32,000 nt of DNA from Parasphingorhabdus sp. DH2-15 (GTDB lineage Bacteria > Pseudomonadota > Alphaproteobacteria > Sphingomonadales > Sphingomonadaceae), in contig NZ_CP196351.1 of NCBI RefSeq assembly GCF_051668705.1, forward strand, positions 10,809 through 42,808, read 5' to 3'. The translations under genes were made by a program, and so were the position numbers. Positions within the stretch are counted from its first letter, which is position 1. Each line of letters starts with the position of its first letter. Under the pieces are notes generated by a model. The model saw only the letters and a program-made list of their open reading frames with translations. It was not told where the DNA came from and did not search any database. Below, piece after piece: positions 27,808 through 32,000 of the stretch.

Positions 27808-28329
27808 ATGAACAGCGATAGACGAATTGTGTTGGGTGGACTGGCAGGAGCTGGCACTTTGGCGGTAAGTTTTGCCGTTTTTGGTGGCGGTCTGGCATCG
27901 GCGCGATCTCTTGCTGCTGAAGGTAAACCCGGCTTTGCGATCACCAAAAGCGAAGCGCAATGGCGCAAAGAGCTAGAGCCGCTGCAATATTATGTATTGC
28001 GTGAAGCTGGCACTGAGCGGGCATGGACAAGTCCGCTCAACAAGGAAAAGCGCGCAGGCACATTTTTATGCGCTGGTTGTGATTTGCCTTTATATTCAAG
28101 CCGTACAAAATATGAGAGTTTTTCCGGCTGGCCGAGTTTTACCGAACCTTTAAAGGGCGCTGTTTTGTTGCGGCCGGATTATCTGCTGGGTATTCCGCGC
28201 ACTGAAGTATTGTGCAAGCGATGCGGCGGCCATTTGGGGCATGTCTTCAATGACGGGCCAAAGCCAACAGGCAAGCGCTGGTGCATGAACGGTGCTGCAC
28301 TGAAATTTCGCGCGTCCAAAAGCAGTTAA
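27808..28329 (+). CDS. msrB: Peptide-methionine (R)-S-oxide reductase MsrB with a twin-arginine-type signal peptide
   Basis: The SelR core is present, with two CxxC zinc motifs (CAGCDLPLY and CKRCGGHLGH), GWPSF, and the catalytic RWCMNG. The N-terminus MNSDRRIVLGGLAGAGTLAVSFAVFGGGLASARSLAA resembles a Tat signal. Confidence 0.88.
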   Translation: MNSDRRIVLGGLAGAGTLAVSFAVFGGGLASARSLAAEGKPGFAITKSEAQWRKELEPLQYYVLREAGTERAWTSPLNKEKRAGTFLCAGCDLPLYSSRTKYESFSGWPSFTEPLKGAVLLRPDYLLGIPRTEVLCKRCGGHLGHVFNDGPKPTGKRWCMNGAALKFRASKSS

Positions 28330-28343
28330 GCCTGAATCGTTTC

Positions 28344-28712
28344 TTATGGCGCTTCTTTTTGCTGCCATAGCTCAATCTTGATGCCATCAGGGTCCATGAT
28401 CCAGGCAAACTCGCCATAGCCCTCATCCGCATGGCCTAATATTTCCAAGCCTTTGGCTTTTAGCTGTTCAATAAATTCCGCGACATTATCGACCCGCAAA
28501 TTGATCATGAATTGCGCCTTGCTGGGCTTAAGATATTCTCCATCAGTGAAATGGCTTATCAGGCTATAAGGTGCATCACCCGTCTCTTCTGACCAGTTAA
28601 GCTGTGGCCCATAATCGCCATCAAGGCCCAGATAATCCTTATACCATTTGCGCGTTGCGTTGGGATCCTTCACAATGTGAAAAATGCCGCCCAGTCCAGT
28701 GATTTTGGCCAT
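28344..28712 (-). CDS. VOC (glyoxalase/bleomycin-resistance/dioxygenase) family protein
   Basis: 122 aa. GGIFHIVKDPNATRKWYKDYLGL ... FAWIMDPDGIKIELWQ is a typical VOC fold pattern. Confidence 0.8.
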   Translation of the reverse strand: MAKITGLGGIFHIVKDPNATRKWYKDYLGLDGDYGPQLNWSEETGDAPYSLISHFTDGEYLKPSKAQFMINLRVDNVAEFIEQLKAKGLEILGHADEGYGEFAWIMDPDGIKIELWQQKEAP

Positions 28713-28759
28713 AGTCCCTCTCCCTATGCTGGGCCAAGACTTGGCCAGCTAAGGGCATG

Positions 28760-30622
28760 TTACCGCTTTACACGCCAAACGCGCAAGCCTTCGGCGCCAT
28801 ACAGTGTGACAGGTTCCAGCCATTGCGGGACATTATCATTACGCAGCTCTGCCATAAAGCCATCAGGTTTATAATGCGCATAGAGCATGACTTCTGCGAC
28901 GTTTTCGCAATACATCACATAATCGATATCGCGCTGTTTTGCGATGCTATAGGCCGCATCTTTGTTGCCACTAAAGAAATTTAGCACATCGCGCATGGCA
29001 GTGTCATTGCGGTGGTGACCACTGGCAACGACTTTGTGATCACTGGCGAACAATATGGCCGGACCCATATCCAGCGGTGTCATGATATTGCCAACAGGCA
29101 GTTCCTGAATAAGCCGTAGCTGCTCAATTTGCTGACATTTTTCGGCATCTTGAACAATCGCGGTCAGTTCTTCAAACTTTTGTGCTCTTTTACTTATTAG
29201 AGCGCTTGCGGGTGCAACCAAAAGACCGGGAACGATCATGGTAAAAACGCCTAAAGTTCCCCCTATACGGGCCAATGGAGAGTTAAATCGCCGAACTTTC
29301 TTAAGCAATAATATCAGAAGGTTGGCAGCTATCGGTAAGGCAAAGATACAGGCCACGCCAGCTGCACGCTCAACCAGTGAGGCGATGGCGATTGCTACCA
29401 GCAGCATAAAGGCAGTGCGGCCATGCGCAGTTTGCAGGAAATTAAAAAAGTTCTGGAGCATATCTGCCTGATTGCGGCGGTTAAAGCGCAGCCAGTGGAT
29501 GAGAAGGGCAAATAAGGCTATAGCTGGAATGGCGATATTCTGGATAATTTTGCCCGTTGTTTGCTGCCATAATGGCAGACCTTCATAGACACGTTGATAC
29601 CAAAAACTATCAACCAGCGGGTCAAGCTGCCCAAAGGCGCCGCTCGCGCATTGCGGCGCAGCGCTATATAATAATGCCAATGCCGCACTGCCGGTAAACC
29701 CGAAACCTGCCACAATGGCGAGGCGCTGGGCAGGATTTATGCGTGACAATATAGCCAGCATTCCTGTGCCAAGCGCAAATACGCCAATATGGACCGGCGA
29801 GATCGCGTCGCAATATTGCACCCATCCATCAGCGGAAAAAATCCGCGTTGCCATGAATAATATTGCGCTTGCTGCGGTCAGGCCGGACATAGCAGTGACC
29901 AGCAAACCGCGATGTTGCGCATTGCACAACCACAAAATGGCAAAAGCTGCCATAAAACCGGCGGCCATTGGCAGGCCTTCCATAGAGATGGATAACCAGA
30001 CAGCCAATGCGACACCGCTCAACAAAGCGCCGCGCTCTGGACGCAGATGCAACAGCCCTTTTAACGCCAAAAGCGCGAGAAAAATTTGCCAGCCATGATG
30101 ATCTATCCGCATGGGTCGAAGCTGATGAATGACGGGAACCAGCATTCCCACGATTAAGCAAGCCAGATAGGCCGCATCTCGGCCAGAGCTGCCTATTCCC
30201 AAACGGTTCGTCAGTTGCGCAACAGCCCACATGACACACAGCAAGGTGATCGCTGGAATAATGATAAGTGCTGCCATTTCAGCGCTGCTTGAACCCAATA
30301 TCGGGGTCAGCACGGTTATGATAATGGCGATGGGCAGGTCGACAATGCGTGACCAGTGCATGGGTGCGCCATCAGGGGCGTTCATGCGATATTGTTTAAC
30401 ATCATACCATTCCTGGCCATTCAACCAATCGCGGACCTGAAGCAGACGCAAAAGATCATCAGGATCAGGGAATCGTACAGCGACGATATTGGGCGCGGCA
30501 ATCACCAAAAGGATGACACTGAGCAGGGCCCATATGCCAATGACAGCAGAAAACCGCACAGGGCGGATACTGTCATGCGCTGCTATCTGCGCTAAAGTAT
30601 CTGCTTTAATTACACTGGCCAT
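28760..30622 (-). CDS. Large polytopic inner-membrane protein, candidate GT-C-type (lipid-carrier-dependent) glycosyltransferase
   Basis: 620 aa with roughly 12 or more hydrophobic segments. An acidic DPDD motif follows the first transmembrane segment (VRFPDPDDLLRLLQVRDW). A soluble C-terminal domain of about 130 aa is present. The gene lies directly downstream of a GtrA-family gene. I cannot assign a family by eye. Confidence 0.5.
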   Translation of the reverse strand: MASVIKADTLAQIAAHDSIRPVRFSAVIGIWALLSVILLVIAAPNIVAVRFPDPDDLLRLLQVRDWLNGQEWYDVKQYRMNAPDGAPMHWSRIVDLPIAIIITVLTPILGSSSAEMAALIIIPAITLLCVMWAVAQLTNRLGIGSSGRDAAYLACLIVGMLVPVIHQLRPMRIDHHGWQIFLALLALKGLLHLRPERGALLSGVALAVWLSISMEGLPMAAGFMAAFAILWLCNAQHRGLLVTAMSGLTAASAILFMATRIFSADGWVQYCDAISPVHIGVFALGTGMLAILSRINPAQRLAIVAGFGFTGSAALALLYSAAPQCASGAFGQLDPLVDSFWYQRVYEGLPLWQQTTGKIIQNIAIPAIALFALLIHWLRFNRRNQADMLQNFFNFLQTAHGRTAFMLLVAIAIASLVERAAGVACIFALPIAANLLILLLKKVRRFNSPLARIGGTLGVFTMIVPGLLVAPASALISKRAQKFEELTAIVQDAEKCQQIEQLRLIQELPVGNIMTPLDMGPAILFASDHKVVASGHHRNDTAMRDVLNFFSGNKDAAYSIAKQRDIDYVMYCENVAEVMLYAHYKPDGFMAELRNDNVPQWLEPVTLYGAEGLRVWRVKR

Positions 30623-30668
30623 CTGGCATCCTCAAAAACGATCAATCCGGTCTAATGAATAGGCCTGG

Positions 30669-31103
30669 TCAGACCCATTGCCGGAAGACAAGGTGATTGC
30701 GCAGCAAATATGTGGCAACAAAGCTGGTTGCGATGGCCGCCAATTTGGCGATGCGCGCGTCAAAGCCCATTTGGTCGGCGCTTGCGACGATGATCACTGT
30801 CAACCCCAGCCCGATAAGTGCGGAAATCACAAACATTGCCTTTTGTCGTGTACGGTCAAATCCGCCACTGGCAACCCGGTCTGCAAAGACTTTACGAGAT
30901 GACAACAACCAATGCGCGATAATGCCGCAGCAATATCCTATCGCAGACGCTGCCGCAGCGGCGGCGCTGACGCTCAAAATCGCCAGAAAAACGACCATGT
31001 CGACGATAAGAGCCCCAACACTCACCAGCAGATAGCGAAAGGCTGTAAAATTGCGCAGCCTGTCAATTATAGCGGTTATTGATGAGAATGTGCTGTTTGA
31101 CAT
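30669..31103 (-). CDS. GtrA-family membrane protein (polyprenyl-phosphate-sugar translocation family)
   Basis: 144 aa with four transmembrane segments. FRYLLVSVGALIVDMVVFLAIL and the C-terminal ...ATYLLRNHLVFR fit GtrA-like proteins. Confidence 0.8.
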   Translation of the reverse strand: MSNSTFSSITAIIDRLRNFTAFRYLLVSVGALIVDMVVFLAILSVSAAAAAASAIGYCCGIIAHWLLSSRKVFADRVASGGFDRTRQKAMFVISALIGLGLTVIIVASADQMGFDARIAKLAAIATSFVATYLLRNHLVFRQWV

Positions 31104-31159
31104 AATATCAAAGCCCCTCTTGCTAATGCATTGATTGCCATCGGATCAACCGAGCAGCT

Positions 31160-32000
31160 TTACGCTGCGCGATTTATTTTTTGCTTTTCACCGACCCGTT
31201 TGGGTACATCGCGCTCTGACTGAAGCGCGATTTTCTGGCCTTCGGTCAATTGACCTTCAGCTTCAACACCTGTCGCCGGTACAGCTTGCTGATTTTCCAG
31301 CAGTTTTTCCGCACCCTCATCGCCAGCTTCATGATATTCGGCATCTTCATTAACATTCCAAATGTTAAACTTGCGCGATCCGGCTTCGATATTTTCCACC
31401 GTCAGCATCGCCGTCATCATGGCGTGATCCTGATTATTATACCGGTGCATGCCATTGCGGCCGACCATATGCAGTGTTGGGAAGCGCTCTTCCAGATCAG
31501 AACGCATCGCTTCAACATTGGCCTCATATTCATCATCATAGACCGGATAGGCCTTTTCTTGACGCACCACTGCGCCGCCAACCACTTGCTTGGGGTCACA
31601 CAGCCCCAATATTTCCATTTCGCGCGTGGCCTGTGCGATTAATTCTTCATCGCTTGATGACCAAAGCCCGTCATTTTCAAAGCAGAAATATTCCAAGCCA
31701 ACACAGGCCATATCAGCATCGGGCACCATTTCCGGTGACCAGCTGCGGAAGTTTTGCACCCGGCCGACCTGAACGCGGTCATCATGAATATAGATCCAGT
31801 TGTCGGGGAAGAGATCCTCTGATTTTACCATCAAGGCAACGGTCAGGAAATCGCGATAATTAAGTTTTTTCGCTTCAAAAGATGATGTTGGCAGCGGGTG
31901 AATACGCGCAGAAAGCTCACGCATTGGGGCAGAGCTGATGACATGTTTGGCGGTAATCACTGTGCCGCCATCCTGTGCATCGGTGCTCATCCGCCAATTG
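31160..32000 (-). CDS. FAD-dependent oxidoreductase, UDP-galactopyranose-mutase/amine-oxidase-like (C-terminal part; N-terminus probably beyond the window)
   Basis: HMVGRNGMHRYNNQDHAMMTAMLTVENI resembles the C-terminal GRxxxYxYxNxDxxxxxA motif of UGM-like flavoenzymes. The frame stays open upstream of the ATG at 31990 (..NWRM..) up to the window edge. An unusual acidic tail of about 60 aa is present at the C-terminus. Confidence 0.65.
   Translation of the reverse strand, partial: NWRMSTDAQDGGTVITAKHVISSAPMRELSARIHPLPTSSFEAKKLNYRDFLTVALMVKSEDLFPDNWIYIHDDRVQVGRVQNFRSWSPEMVPDADMACVGLEYFCFENDGLWSSSDEELIAQATREMEILGLCDPKQVVGGAVVRQEKAYPVYDDEYEANVEAMRSDLEERFPTLHMVGRNGMHRYNNQDHAMMTAMLTVENIEAGSRKFNIWNVNEDAEYHEAGDEGAEKLLENQQAVPATGVEAEGQLTEGQKIALQSERDVPKRVGEKQKINRAA

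Noticed and set aside
28330-28343. Only 14 nt separate the convergent msrB and VOC stop codons, with no terminator hairpin.
   Set aside because: Tight convergent spacing without a visible intrinsic terminator is common and may rely on Rho. No further structure is present, so it is not reported as a finding.
1-32000. Search by eye for CRISPR repeats, tRNA or rRNA genes, IS elements, transposases or integrases, prophage genes, toxin-antitoxin pairs, and defence-system hallmarks such as nucleases, helicases or methylases in unusual operons.
   Set aside because: I found no regularly spaced direct repeats, no cloverleaf-like or rRNA-like sequence, and no ORF with recombinase, transposase or defence-type motifs. 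Every long ORF is explained by a housekeeping or ordinary accessory function. A tool-based scan (tRNAscan-SE, Infernal, ISfinder, DefenseFinder/PADLOC) would be needed to make this negative result firm.

Overview
The window looks like the replication-origin region of an alphaproteobacterial chromosome, about 50% GC and probably Sphingomonadales-like (inferred from gene order and protein motifs only). Most of it is conserved housekeeping sequence. On the minus strand, running leftward from a 387-bp non-coding gap at 13777-14163, lie hemE, hemJ, rho, an ABM monooxygenase, a TerC-family protein, a small conserved protein, mnmE, mnmG, rsmG, parA and parB. On the plus strand, running rightward from the same gap, lie a DUF299 (PpsR-like) kinase, maf, aroE, coaE, dnaQ, hpf, ptsN, a PaaI-type thioesterase, a DUF1491 protein and a SleB-like hydrolase. 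This matches the gene arrangement around Caulobacter Cori, so the gap is the best oriC candidate. Three parS palindromes lie in the rsmG/mnmG/mnmE region.

The more accessory-looking content sits at the two ends:
- Left end (1-3205): a DUF4402 pilin-like gene, a PapD-like chaperone and an usher-like outer-membrane protein. The usher-like frame runs off the window edge and is missing from the supplied ORF track.
- Right part: dapD, a HAD nucleotidase, queG, an ABC-2 transporter pair, a CYP153-type P450 with no redox partners in the window, a Tat-signal MsrB and a VOC/glyoxalase protein.
- Right end: a minus-strand cluster of a UGM-like flavoenzyme (partial), GtrA and a 620-aa polytopic membrane protein, which looks like a periplasmic glycan-modification module.

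I found no tRNA or rRNA genes, CRISPR arrays, transposases, integrases or recognisable defence or toxin-antitoxin genes. I see no convincing evidence for a wholly new system. The two end clusters are the least characterised content, and every functional call rests on motif recognition by eye rather than on database searches.
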